A stretch of DNA of 32,000 nt, taken from Sinorhizobium meliloti. Its GTDB lineage: Bacteria > Pseudomonadota > Alphaproteobacteria > Rhizobiales > Rhizobiaceae. The notes below the pieces were generated by a model. It searched no databases. It saw only the letters and a program-made list of their open reading frames with translations, and was not told the DNA's origin. Positions 1 through 7,209 of this stretch are shown in pieces; the first letter of the stretch is position 1; the number at the start of each line of letters is the position of its first letter. A program made the position numbers and the translations under genes. The stretch spans positions 1,140,001-1,172,000 of the forward strand of contig NZ_JAGIOS010000001.1 in assembly GCF_017876815.1 (NCBI RefSeq). The letters are read 5' to 3'.

Positions 1-157
1 TCTCGTCTCTTGCTTTCCGGTTGAGGGACGCCGCCGTCAGCGCATGGGCCGACGAGGGCGGATCGATACGGCCGTCCATATAGGCGAAGGACGCACGGAT
101 CAGCGACAGCAACTCCTCGTAACGGTCGAAGCCCTCGTCGATGCGGACGGTCTCCAT
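1..157 (-). CDS. N-terminal fragment of a small conserved protein, possibly a GNAT-type acetyltransferase (continues beyond the window start)
   Basis: Absent from the ORF track because it is truncated. My reverse-complement translation from the ATG at 157-155 reads METVRIDEGFDRYEELLSLIRASFAYMDGRIDPPSSAHALTAASLNRKARDE, open to position 1. A GAGGA Shine-Dalgarno lies 6 nt upstream and overlaps the moeB stop codon, which suggests coupling. The product name is from memory only. Confidence 0.5.
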   Translation of the reverse strand, partial: METVRIDEGFDRYEELLSLIRASFAYMDGRIDPPSSAHALTAASLNRKARDE

Positions 158-164
158 GCCGTCC

Positions 165-941
165 TCAGCGCGTGCCGCGCCGATAGCGGATCGTGTTGAA
201 TTGGGCGGCGAGCGCATCGTAGAGCAGCAGACGGCCGATCAGCGGCTCGCCGATGCCGGTGACGAGCTTGATTGCTTCCATCGCCTGCAGCGTGCCGATG
301 ACGCCGGTGAGCGCGCCTAAGACGCCCGCTTCGGCGCAGGTCGGTACGGTGCCCGGCGGCGGCGGCTCCGGGAAGAGGTCGCGGTAGGAGGGGTTCGGGT
401 GCCCCTCCGCATCGGTCCCGTAGGGCTTCAGCACGGTGACGGAGCCGTCGAAGCGTCCAACGGCACCGGTGACGAGCGCCACGCCTGCCGCCTCGGCCGT
501 ATCGGCGGCGAGATAACGCGTATCGAAATTATCCGACCCGTCGACGACGAGATCGTATTGCCGGAAGAGCGCATCGGCATTTGCGGGGCCGAGCCTGACC
601 GGGTGCGCCACGACCTTCACATGCGGGTTGAGGGCGTCGATCGCCGCTGCGGCGCTCTCGACCTTCGGCCGCCCGATATCGGCGGTGGCATGGATCACCT
701 GACGCTGCAGGTTCGACAACGAGACGACGTCGTCGTCGACGATCCCGAGCGTGCCGACCCCGGCGGCCGCCAGATATTGCAGAGCCGGCGCGCCGAGCCC
801 GCCCGCGCCGATGACGAGCACGCGCGCGGCCTTGAGTTTCTGCTGCCCCGGGCCGCCGATCTCCGGCAGCACGATGTGGCGTGCGTAGCGCGCAATCTCC
901 GAAGGAGCGAGCGTCGCATCGGTCGTCATGTCCGTCTCCAT
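165..941 (-). CDS. moeB: Molybdopterin-synthase adenylyltransferase / HesA-MoeB-ThiF family protein
   Basis: The ORF 165..1235 has an Arg-rich, implausible 5' extension, so I trimmed it to the ATG at 941 (METDMTTD...). Supporting motifs are IARYARHIVLPEIGGPGQQKL, a Rossmann VLVIGAGGLGAP and a PTCAEAGVLG motif typical of MoeB/ThiF. There is no rhodanese domain. Confidence 0.85.
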   Translation of the reverse strand: METDMTTDATLAPSEIARYARHIVLPEIGGPGQQKLKAARVLVIGAGGLGAPALQYLAAAGVGTLGIVDDDVVSLSNLQRQVIHATADIGRPKVESAAAAIDALNPHVKVVAHPVRLGPANADALFRQYDLVVDGSDNFDTRYLAADTAEAAGVALVTGAVGRFDGSVTVLKPYGTDAEGHPNPSYRDLFPEPPPPGTVPTCAEAGVLGALTGVIGTLQAMEAIKLVTGIGEPLIGRLLLYDALAAQFNTIRYRRGTR

Positions 942-967
942 GTAATTTTCGCGCAGGGCGCTGCATG

Positions 968-2092
968 TCACCCCGAAACGCGGCCGTTTGCAACGGCCAG
1001 ATATTGAGCGCGCTCGCCAAGGGCGTCGAACATCGCCCGGTCGGTGCCCGTCATGAAGGACTGGCCGCCGAGCCCATCGACCAGATCGAAGAGGGCGGCG
1101 CGGCGTCCCTGATCGAGATGGGCGGCGATTTCGTCGAGCAGCAGCACCGGGGCGTGGCCGGTCATATCCCCGACGAGCCGTGCATGCGCGAGCACCAGGC
1201 CGACGAGCAGCGCCTTCTGCTCGCCGGTCGAGCAACGCTCGGCCTCGATGTCCTTTTCCCGGTGGCGGATCAGGAGATCGCTGCGGTGCGGCCCGTCCAG
1301 CGTGCGGCCCGCGGCCGCATCGCGGGCACGGCCCTCGGCGAGCATTGCCAGATATCGCTCTTCGAGTTCAAAGGCGGGAATGCCGGCACAGTCATCGAGA
1401 AAGCCGGCGAGCGACAGGCTTGCGGACGGAAAGGTCCCATCGCTCCGGCTCCGCTCGACGAGGGCCGAGAGCAGGCCGAGCATCTCCTGACGGGCAAGCG
1501 CCATGGAGATGCCGAGCCCGGCCATTTCGCGCTCGATGGCCGACAGCCAGGCGGGATCGGGCCGGAATTCCGAGAGAAGCCGGTTGCGGCTGCGCATGGC
1601 GCGGTCGAACTCGCTGGCGCGGCGGCCGTGTTCGGGATCGAGCGACAGGACCAGCCGGTCGAGAAAGCGCCTGCGGTCGGCGGAAGGGCCGGTGAAGAGG
1701 CCATCCATCGCCGGAGTGAGCCACAGCACCCTGAGGTGATCGGTGAGTTCGTCGACCGTGCGGGCCGCAGTGCCGTTGATCCTGAGGCGCCGTGATTGCC
1801 CCTCCTCGGTCCCTTGAGTGCCCGTGCCGATCTCCACCGACCCTTCCATGCCGTCGACGGCGGCGAAGACCGAGAAACCATCGGGGGCGCCGACGCGGGC
1901 GACATCCGCATAGGCAGCGCGCCTCAAACCGCGCCCGGGCGAAAGAAAGGAGACCCCCTCCATCAGATTGGTCTTGCCCGCACCGTTCTCGCCGGTCAGC
2001 ACCACATGGCGCTGGTCGAGGTCGAGCGCCAGCGTTGCATAGTTGCGGAAGTCGCTCAGTTTCAGGCGTGTGAGAAAGACCTTGTGGGGCAT
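968..2092 (-). CDS. recF: DNA replication and repair protein RecF
   Basis: The ORF 968..2848 was trimmed to the ATG at 2092 (MPHKVFLTRLKLSDFRNY...). It has a Walker A GENGAGKTN, an SMC-like signature STGEQKALL and a Walker B LLLDE. The upstream part of the long ORF is antisense to the DUF47 gene. Confidence 0.95.
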   Translation of the reverse strand: MPHKVFLTRLKLSDFRNYATLALDLDQRHVVLTGENGAGKTNLMEGVSFLSPGRGLRRAAYADVARVGAPDGFSVFAAVDGMEGSVEIGTGTQGTEEGQSRRLRINGTAARTVDELTDHLRVLWLTPAMDGLFTGPSADRRRFLDRLVLSLDPEHGRRASEFDRAMRSRNRLLSEFRPDPAWLSAIEREMAGLGISMALARQEMLGLLSALVERSRSDGTFPSASLSLAGFLDDCAGIPAFELEERYLAMLAEGRARDAAAGRTLDGPHRSDLLIRHREKDIEAERCSTGEQKALLVGLVLAHARLVGDMTGHAPVLLLDEIAAHLDQGRRAALFDLVDGLGGQSFMTGTDRAMFDALGERAQYLAVANGRVSG

Positions 2093-2280
2093 TGCAAGTC
2101 CGATATCGACGTTGCTGTCAGGTAGGATGAAAGCCCGGCCAAGGCAAGGCGGAAAGGGTGTTCTGTCCGCCTCTCCCCCGCCTGCGGCGATTCCGTATCC
2201 GGGCTGCGCATTTCCGCCCCAATCGCCTGTGGGAAAGCCGTTTTTTTCGGCCGCATCGGAACTTTCCCCGAGCGCGCAAG

Positions 2281-2311
2281 TACAATATGACAACTGCGTG
2301 ACAATCGACAG
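2281..2311 (-). promoter_or_regulatory. Candidate Pho-box-like repeat (read on the minus strand: CTGTCGA, then TTGTCAC-gcag-TTGTCAT) next to a TACAAT -10-like hexamer of the DUF47-pit operon
   Basis: The plus strand at 2281-2311 reads TACAAT ATGACAA ctgc GTGACAA TCGACAG. The two best heptamers have the 7+4+7 (11-bp period) layout of PhoB boxes (consensus CTGTCAT-N4-CTGTCAT). They are inverted relative to the operon and lie between the -10-like hexamer and the start codon. Confidence 0.35.
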
Positions 2312-2326
2312 TTGGATGGATCGCTG

Positions 2327-2971
2327 ATGCTCGGCCTGTTTCGCAAGCTCCTCCCCCGGGAAGACCGTTTCTTCGACCTCTTCGCCGATCATTCGCGCAC
2401 CGTCATGGGTGCGGCGGAGGCACTGAACGCGTTGCTTGCCGGCGGCCCGGACATCGAAAGCCATTGCGACCGCATCGTCGCGCTCGAGAATGAGGCCGAC
2501 GAAATCACCCGCGAGGTTCTGCTGGCCGTCCGCCGCAGCTTCATCACCCCCTTCGACCGCGGCGACATCAAGGATCTCATCCAGTCGATGGACGATGCGA
2601 TCGACATGATGCACAAGACGGTGAAGACCATCCGTCTCTACGAGCAGAAGAGCTTCGATCCCGGCATGCAGGCCATGGGTGCGGCGGTCGTCGAGGCCGC
2701 CCATCTCGTCGCCGAGGCCATTCCGCTCCTCAGCCGGATCGGTGCCAATGCTCATCGCCTCAGCGCCATCGCCGAGGAGGTGACGCATGTCGAGGATAGA
2801 TCCGACCAGCTGCACGAGCAGGGCCTGAAGGATCTCTTCCAGCGCCATGGCGCTTCCAACCCCATGGCCTATATCATCGGCAGCGAGATCTACGGCGAAC
2901 TGGAAAAGGTCGTCGACCGCTTCGAGGATGTGGCAAACGAAATCAGCGGCATCGTGATCGAGAACGTCTGA
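2327..2971 (+). CDS. DUF47 / PhoU-like phosphate transport accessory protein (pit-associated)
   Basis: The ORF 2312..2971 begins at a TTG, so I prefer the ATG at 2327 (MLGLFRKLLPREDRFFDLF...), which is the typical DUF47 N-terminus. Its stop overlaps the pit start by 1 nt (TGATG), indicating translational coupling. Confidence 0.9.
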   Translation: MLGLFRKLLPREDRFFDLFADHSRTVMGAAEALNALLAGGPDIESHCDRIVALENEADEITREVLLAVRRSFITPFDRGDIKDLIQSMDDAIDMMHKTVKTIRLYEQKSFDPGMQAMGAAVVEAAHLVAEAIPLLSRIGANAHRLSAIAEEVTHVEDRSDQLHEQGLKDLFQRHGASNPMAYIIGSEIYGELEKVVDRFEDVANEISGIVIENV

Positions 2972-3975
2972 TGGATGCGACGCTCGCCTTCCCGCTGCTC
3001 GTGGGGCTCATCGCCGTCGCGCTTTTCTTCGACTTCCTCAACGGGTTGCACGACGCGGCCAATTCCATCGCAACCATCGTATCGACCCGCGTGCTCCGGC
3101 CGCAATATGCGGTCTTCTGGGCGGCGTTCTTCAACTTCATCGCCTTCCTCTTCTTCGGGCTGCACGTCGCCGAAACGCTCGGAACCGGCATCATCGATCC
3201 GGGTATCGTCACGCCGCAGGTGATCTTCGCGGCGCTGATGGGCGCCATCACCTGGAACATCGTTACCTGGGTCTTCGGCATCCCGTCGAGTTCCTCGCAC
3301 GCGCTCATCGGCGGTCTCGTCGGCGCCGGCCTGGCCAAGACCGGTTTCAGTTCCATCGTCTGGCAAGGCCTGCTGAAGACGGCCGGCGCCATCGTCATGT
3401 CGCCGGGCATCGGCTTCGTTCTGGCGCTGCTGTTGGTGCTGATCGTCTCCTGGCTGTTCGTTCGCCAGACACCCTTTGCCGTCGACAGCACCTTCCGGGT
3501 GCTGCAATTCGTTTCGGCTTCCCTCTATTCGCTCGGCCATGGCGGCAACGATGCGCAGAAGACCATGGGCATCATTGCCGTGCTTCTCTTCTCGCAGGGC
3601 TATCTCGGCTCGGAATTCTACGTGCCCTTCTGGGTGGTCATCACCTGCCAGGCGGCGATCGCGCTCGGCACGCTCTTCGGCGGCTGGAGAATCGTCCACA
3701 CGATGGGCTCGAAGATCACCAAGCTCAACCCGATGCAGGGATTCTGCGCCGAGACGGGCGGCGCCATCACGCTGTTCGCCGCGACCTGGCTCGGCATTCC
3801 GGTTTCGACCACCCACACAATCACCGGCGCGATCATCGGCGTCGGCGCGGCGCGGCGCGTATCGGCGGTGCGGTGGGGGCTTGCCGGCAACATCGTCGTT
3901 GCCTGGGTGATCACCATGCCGGCGGCAGCGTTGATCTCGGCGCTCTGCTATTTCGCCGCGGACCTCGTCGCCTGA
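2971..3975 (+). CDS. pit: Inorganic phosphate transporter, PiT family
   Basis: The 334-aa polytopic membrane protein carries the duplicated PiT signature regions GLHDAANSIAT and HGGNDAQKTMG. It is coupled to the upstream DUF47 gene, as in the rhizobial orfA-pit arrangement. Confidence 0.95.
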   Translation: MDATLAFPLLVGLIAVALFFDFLNGLHDAANSIATIVSTRVLRPQYAVFWAAFFNFIAFLFFGLHVAETLGTGIIDPGIVTPQVIFAALMGAITWNIVTWVFGIPSSSSHALIGGLVGAGLAKTGFSSIVWQGLLKTAGAIVMSPGIGFVLALLLVLIVSWLFVRQTPFAVDSTFRVLQFVSASLYSLGHGGNDAQKTMGIIAVLLFSQGYLGSEFYVPFWVVITCQAAIALGTLFGGWRIVHTMGSKITKLNPMQGFCAETGGAITLFAATWLGIPVSTTHTITGAIIGVGAARRVSAVRWGLAGNIVVAWVITMPAAALISALCYFAADLVA

Positions 3976-4088
3976 CGCTTTCGCCGGGCACCCCGTTGGC
4001 ATTGCCGGCGGCGGGGAGTATATTTCCGCGATCTAATGGAATTGCATCCGGAGAAGAGTGAACTTCCATCGTATCTGGGGAGGAAACG

Positions 4089-4734
4089 ATGACGGACGTC
4101 GAGTGGACGATCAAGGGCCGCGAATTCATCCATTGCAATTGCGCCTATGGCTGCCCGTGGCTGCCCGTGCCAGTTCAACGCACTGCCCACCGAGGGGCAT
4201 TGCCGCGCGATCGGGATCGTCGACATCGACGAGGGGCACCATGGCGATACCCGGCTCGACGGCCTGAGGTGCGGCATGATCGTATCCTGGCCCGGTGCCA
4301 TTCACGAGGGCAGGGGCGCGGTGGTTCCGATCATCGACGAGCGTGCCTCCGACGAGCAGCGGGAGGCGCTGCTGCGGATCATGAGCGGCCAGGACACCGA
4401 GCCCGGCGCCACCTTCTTCCAGGTGTTCGCGACGACTTTCGAGACCTTCCACGATCCGGTTTTCGCGCCGATCGATTTCGAGATCGACGTCGAAAGACGC
4501 TCGGCGCGGGTCAATATTCCGGGATGGATGGAGGCTCGCGGCGAGCCCATCGTCAATCCGGTGACCGGTGAGGAGCATCACGCGCGCATCAACCTTCCGC
4601 ACGGGTTCGAATATGACCGCTGCGAGGTGGGGCGCGGCTGGGCCGAGACGAGCGGGCCGCTGGCAGTTTCGCTCGCCGATTCGCACGCCCACTTCGCCAG
4701 ACTGCACATGACCGGAAGCGGCGTGGTTCACTGA
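4089..4734 (+). pseudogene. DUF1326 family protein gene disrupted by a 10-bp tandem duplication (frameshift)
   Basis: Two overlapping ORFs, 4089..4571 (frame of 4089) and 4147..4734, together carry one DUF1326-like protein. The N-terminus MTDVEWTIKGREFIHCNCAYGCP lies in the first frame and CQFNALPTEGHCRAIG...HFARLHMTGSGVVH in the second. Deleting one copy of the 10-mer at 4148-4167 restores a single 636-nt (211-aa) frame. A strong RBS, GGGGAGGAAACG, precedes the ATG at 4089. Confidence 0.8.
4148..4167. repeat. Perfect 10-bp tandem duplication TGGCTGCCCG x2 inside the DUF1326 gene
   Basis: Read directly from the sequence: ...tat ggctgcccgt ggctgcccgt gc... The unit phase is ambiguous by 2 nt. 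This is the only lesion that separates the two DUF1326 reading frames. Confidence 0.9.
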
Positions 4735-4738
4735 CGCC

Positions 4739-5623
4739 ATGCCGCCCGACACCGCGCTTGAAAGCTTGCTGCGACGGGATCGGGCAATCGTGGCAGCGTC
4801 GCTCGTCGCATTGACGGTGGTCGCCTGGACATACACGCTCTGGCTGGCGGCAGCCATGAACATCGACGGCATGAGCATGTCTGCCCCCGGCATGGAAGCG
4901 GACATGAAGATGGACCCTGCCATGGATATGGATGGCATGGAGATGGGATCCCGTGGCGCCCTGTCGCTCGGCACCGTCCTCGGCATCTCGCCGCGTCCCT
5001 GGAGTTCCGTGGAAGCCGGCGTCACCCTGACCATGTGGATCGTGATGATGGTCGGCATGATGCTGCCTTCGGCAACGCCGATGATCCTGCTCTACGCCCG
5101 GGTCGGCCGGCAAAGCCGGATAGCGGGCAAGCCCTTCGCCGCGACCGGTTTCTTCGCCGGCGGCTATCTCCTTGCCTGGGCGGGATTCGCGCTCGTCGCG
5201 ACGCTTGGACAATGGCTCATGGAGGGAACCCTGCTGACGCCGGCGCTGGCAAGCGCCAGTCGCATCTTCAGCGGTGTCGTGCTGGTGATCGCGGGTCTCT
5301 ACCAATGGACGTCGCTCAAGGATGCCTGCCTCAGCCAATGTCAGACGCCGATCGTCTTCCTGCAGCGGCACGGCGGTTTTCGCCGCGATCCCGCGGGAGC
5401 CGTCGGACTGGGCCTGCGCCACGGGGTCTATTGCATCGGCTGCTGCTGGGCGCTGATGACGCTTCTTTTCGTCGGCGGCATCATGAATGTGCTCTGGATT
5501 GCGGCAATCGCCATCTTCGTGCTCGCGGAGAAGGTGATACCGACCGGCCGCGTTCTCTCACGCGTCGCCGGATCTCTGCTCGCGGCGTTCGGCCTTTGGC
5601 AGCTCATTTCGGCTTCGATTTAA
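4739..5623 (+). CDS. DUF2182 family predicted metal-binding integral membrane protein
   Basis: The 294-aa protein has multiple TM segments. It contains a Met-rich loop MSMSAPGMEADMKMDPAMDMDGMEMG and the Cys motifs CLSQCQTP and CIGCCW. It starts 4 nt after the DUF1326 stop. Confidence 0.9.
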   Translation: MPPDTALESLLRRDRAIVAASLVALTVVAWTYTLWLAAAMNIDGMSMSAPGMEADMKMDPAMDMDGMEMGSRGALSLGTVLGISPRPWSSVEAGVTLTMWIVMMVGMMLPSATPMILLYARVGRQSRIAGKPFAATGFFAGGYLLAWAGFALVATLGQWLMEGTLLTPALASASRIFSGVVLVIAGLYQWTSLKDACLSQCQTPIVFLQRHGGFRRDPAGAVGLGLRHGVYCIGCCWALMTLLFVGGIMNVLWIAAIAIFVLAEKVIPTGRVLSRVAGSLLAAFGLWQLISASI

Positions 5624-5642
5624 GTGATGGCGCCGCGGCTTG

Positions 5643-5763
5643 GCCCCTCATCCGCCTGCCGGCACCTTCTCCCCGCAAGCGGGGCGAAGGGGACTGGTAG
5701 CGCCGCCGCTTGTCCCTTCTCCACGTCAGAACGGGGAGAAGTTCGCGGCAGCGGGATGAGGGG
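5643..5763. repeat. Mosaic palindromic intergenic repeat (RIME-like), copy 1
   Basis: The outer inverted arms are cccctcatccgcctgccggcaccttctccccg and cggggagaagttcgcggcagcgggatgagggg, and they enclose two small hairpins. The first ~48 bp are identical to 27579-27626. The element fills the convergent gap between DUF2182 and dnaJ. Confidence 0.75.
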
Positions 5764-5795
5764 CTGCGCGCGGCGTAATCGCCCAGAGCATTGGC

Positions 5796-6935
5796 TCACT
5801 CGCTCAACGTGTCGAAGAAATCCTTCATCCGGGAGAAGAAGCCCGTCGATTCGGGATTGTTCTCCTTGGACGAGATCTGCTCAAATTCCTGCAGCAACTC
5901 GCGTTGGCGCTTGGTGAGCTTCTGCGGCGTCTCGATTTGAATCTGGATATAGAGATCGCCGGTCTGGCTGGAGCGCAGCACCGGCATGCCCTTGCCCTTG
6001 AGGCGGAACTGCTTGCCGGCCTGCGTGCCTTCCGGCACGGTGACGCGCGATTTGGTGCCGTCGAGGGTGGTGACGTCGAACTTGCCGCCGAGCGCCGCCG
6101 TCGTCATAGAGATCGGCACGGCGCAATAGAGATCAGCGCCGTCGCGCTGATAGAATTCGTGCGGCTTCACTGAGAGGAAGATGTAGAGGTCGCCCGCCGG
6201 GCCGCCGCGAAGGCCGGCCTCACCCTCGCCGGAAAGCCGGATGCGCGTGCCGTCCTCGATACCGGCCGGAATGTTGACCGAGAGCGTCCGCTCCTCCACG
6301 ACGCGGCCCTGGCCGTGGCATTTGGTGCAGGGGTCGGCGATCGTCTGGCCGCGGCCGCCGCAGGTCGGGCAGGTCCGCTCGATCGAGAAGAAGCCCTGGG
6401 CCGCGCGGACGCGGCCGGTGCCCTGACAGGTGCCGCAGGTCTTCGGGCTGGTACCGGGCTTGGCGCCCGTGCCGGTGCAGACGTCGCAGGTGATGGACGT
6501 CGGCACGCGGATCTGCGCCGTCTTGCCGGAATAGGCCTCCTCGAGCGAAATCTCCATGTTATAGCGCAGGTCCGCGCCGCGCTCGCGTCCGCCTGACGAG
6601 CGGCGCTGACGGCCACCCATCATCTCGCCGAAGATGTCCTCGAAAATATCGGAGAAGCCGTGCGCTCCGCCGCCGGCGAAGCCGTTGCCGAAGCCTGCGC
6701 CCATGCCGCCCTGCTCGAAGGCCGCATGGCCGTAGCGGTCATAGGCCGCGCGTTTCTGCGGATCCTTCAGCGTCTCATAGGCTTCGTTGATTTCCTTGAA
6801 GGACTTTTCCGACTCCTGGTCGCCGGGATTCCTGTCCGGGTGATATTTCATCGCGAGTTTGCGAAAGGCGCTCTTCAGCTCCTTTTCGTCCGCGTTTTTT
6901 TGAACGCCAAGCGTTTCGTAAAGATCACGTTTCAT
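5796..6935 (-). CDS. dnaJ: Molecular chaperone DnaJ
   Basis: It has a J domain with HPD ([10 protein letters not shown]), a G/F-rich linker and four CxxCxGxG zinc-finger repeats ([32 protein letters not shown]). Confidence 0.97.
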   Translation of the reverse strand: MKRDLYETLGVQKNADEKELKSAFRKLAMKYHPDRNPGDQESEKSFKEINEAYETLKDPQKRAAYDRYGHAAFEQGGMGAGFGNGFAGGGAHGFSDIFEDIFGEMMGGRQRRSSGGRERGADLRYNMEISLEEAYSGKTAQIRVPTSITCDVCTGTGAKPGTSPKTCGTCQGTGRVRAAQGFFSIERTCPTCGGRGQTIADPCTKCHGQGRVVEERTLSVNIPAGIEDGTRIRLSGEGEAGLRGGPAGDLYIFLSVKPHEFYQRDGADLYCAVPISMTTAALGGKFDVTTLDGTKSRVTVPEGTQAGKQFRLKGKGMPVLRSSQTGDLYIQIQIETPQKLTKRQRELLQEFEQISSKENNPESTGFFSRMKDFFDTLSE

Positions 6936-7160
6936 GCTTCAAAGATCGTCCTGTTATCAGCGACAGGGCTTGCCAGCGCGAAGGATCCGACGGCTGCCTG
7001 ATTATCTTGCCACAGGATTTAGTAAACCTTTAAGCGCGATACCATAGCCAAGTCGGGGCGGAAGCGGTTTTTTGTCGGAAAACGGCGGTTTCGCAGCCAC
7101 TTTCCTCCGCAGGGTCGGTTCGCTTCCACGCCTTGGGACTGCAGCCGGTGAACCATCCAT

Positions 7161-7186
7161 GAAAAAGCCCGGGATTGCTCCCGGGC
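7161..7186 (-). terminator. Intrinsic terminator/attenuator between dnaK and dnaJ
   Basis: The minus strand reads GCCCGGGA-gcaa-TCCCGGGC followed by UUUUUC. It lies 24 nt downstream of the dnaK stop and about 225 nt upstream of the dnaJ start. Confidence 0.7.
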
Positions 7187-7209
7187 CCGTTCATCGAAAG
7201 GCGAAGCCG

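Noticed and set aside
968-2848. Very long 5' extensions of real genes in the ORF track (recF 626 aa, moeB 356 aa, marR 228 aa, nth 291 aa, kinase 252 aa, VOC 190 aa, dehydrogenase 357 aa).
   Set aside because: The extensions are Arg/Pro-rich and overlap neighbouring genes or terminators. Internal ATGs coincide with conserved family N-termini and, in several cases, with a good RBS. Starts were trimmed accordingly.
4089-4734. Programmed +1 ribosomal frameshifting as the explanation for the split DUF1326 gene.
   Set aside because: The frame change coincides exactly with a perfect 10-bp duplication of coding sequence. There is no known slippery or shifty motif, and removing one copy recreates the conserved CPCQF motif. 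A mutation or an assembly error is far more parsimonious.
5624-5917. Small ORFs translated from the mosaic repeats (5624..5917, 5035..5700 tail, 27583..27843, 27654..27875, 27665..27865).
   Set aside because: They lie entirely within palindromic repeat DNA between convergent genes. The same peptide-like strings arise wherever the repeat occurs, so these are classic spurious calls.
7028-7052. CTTG...CTTAAAG on the minus strand, considered as an RpoH promoter for dnaJ.
   Set aside because: The spacer is only 14 nt (the consensus needs 17-18) and the -10 match is poor.
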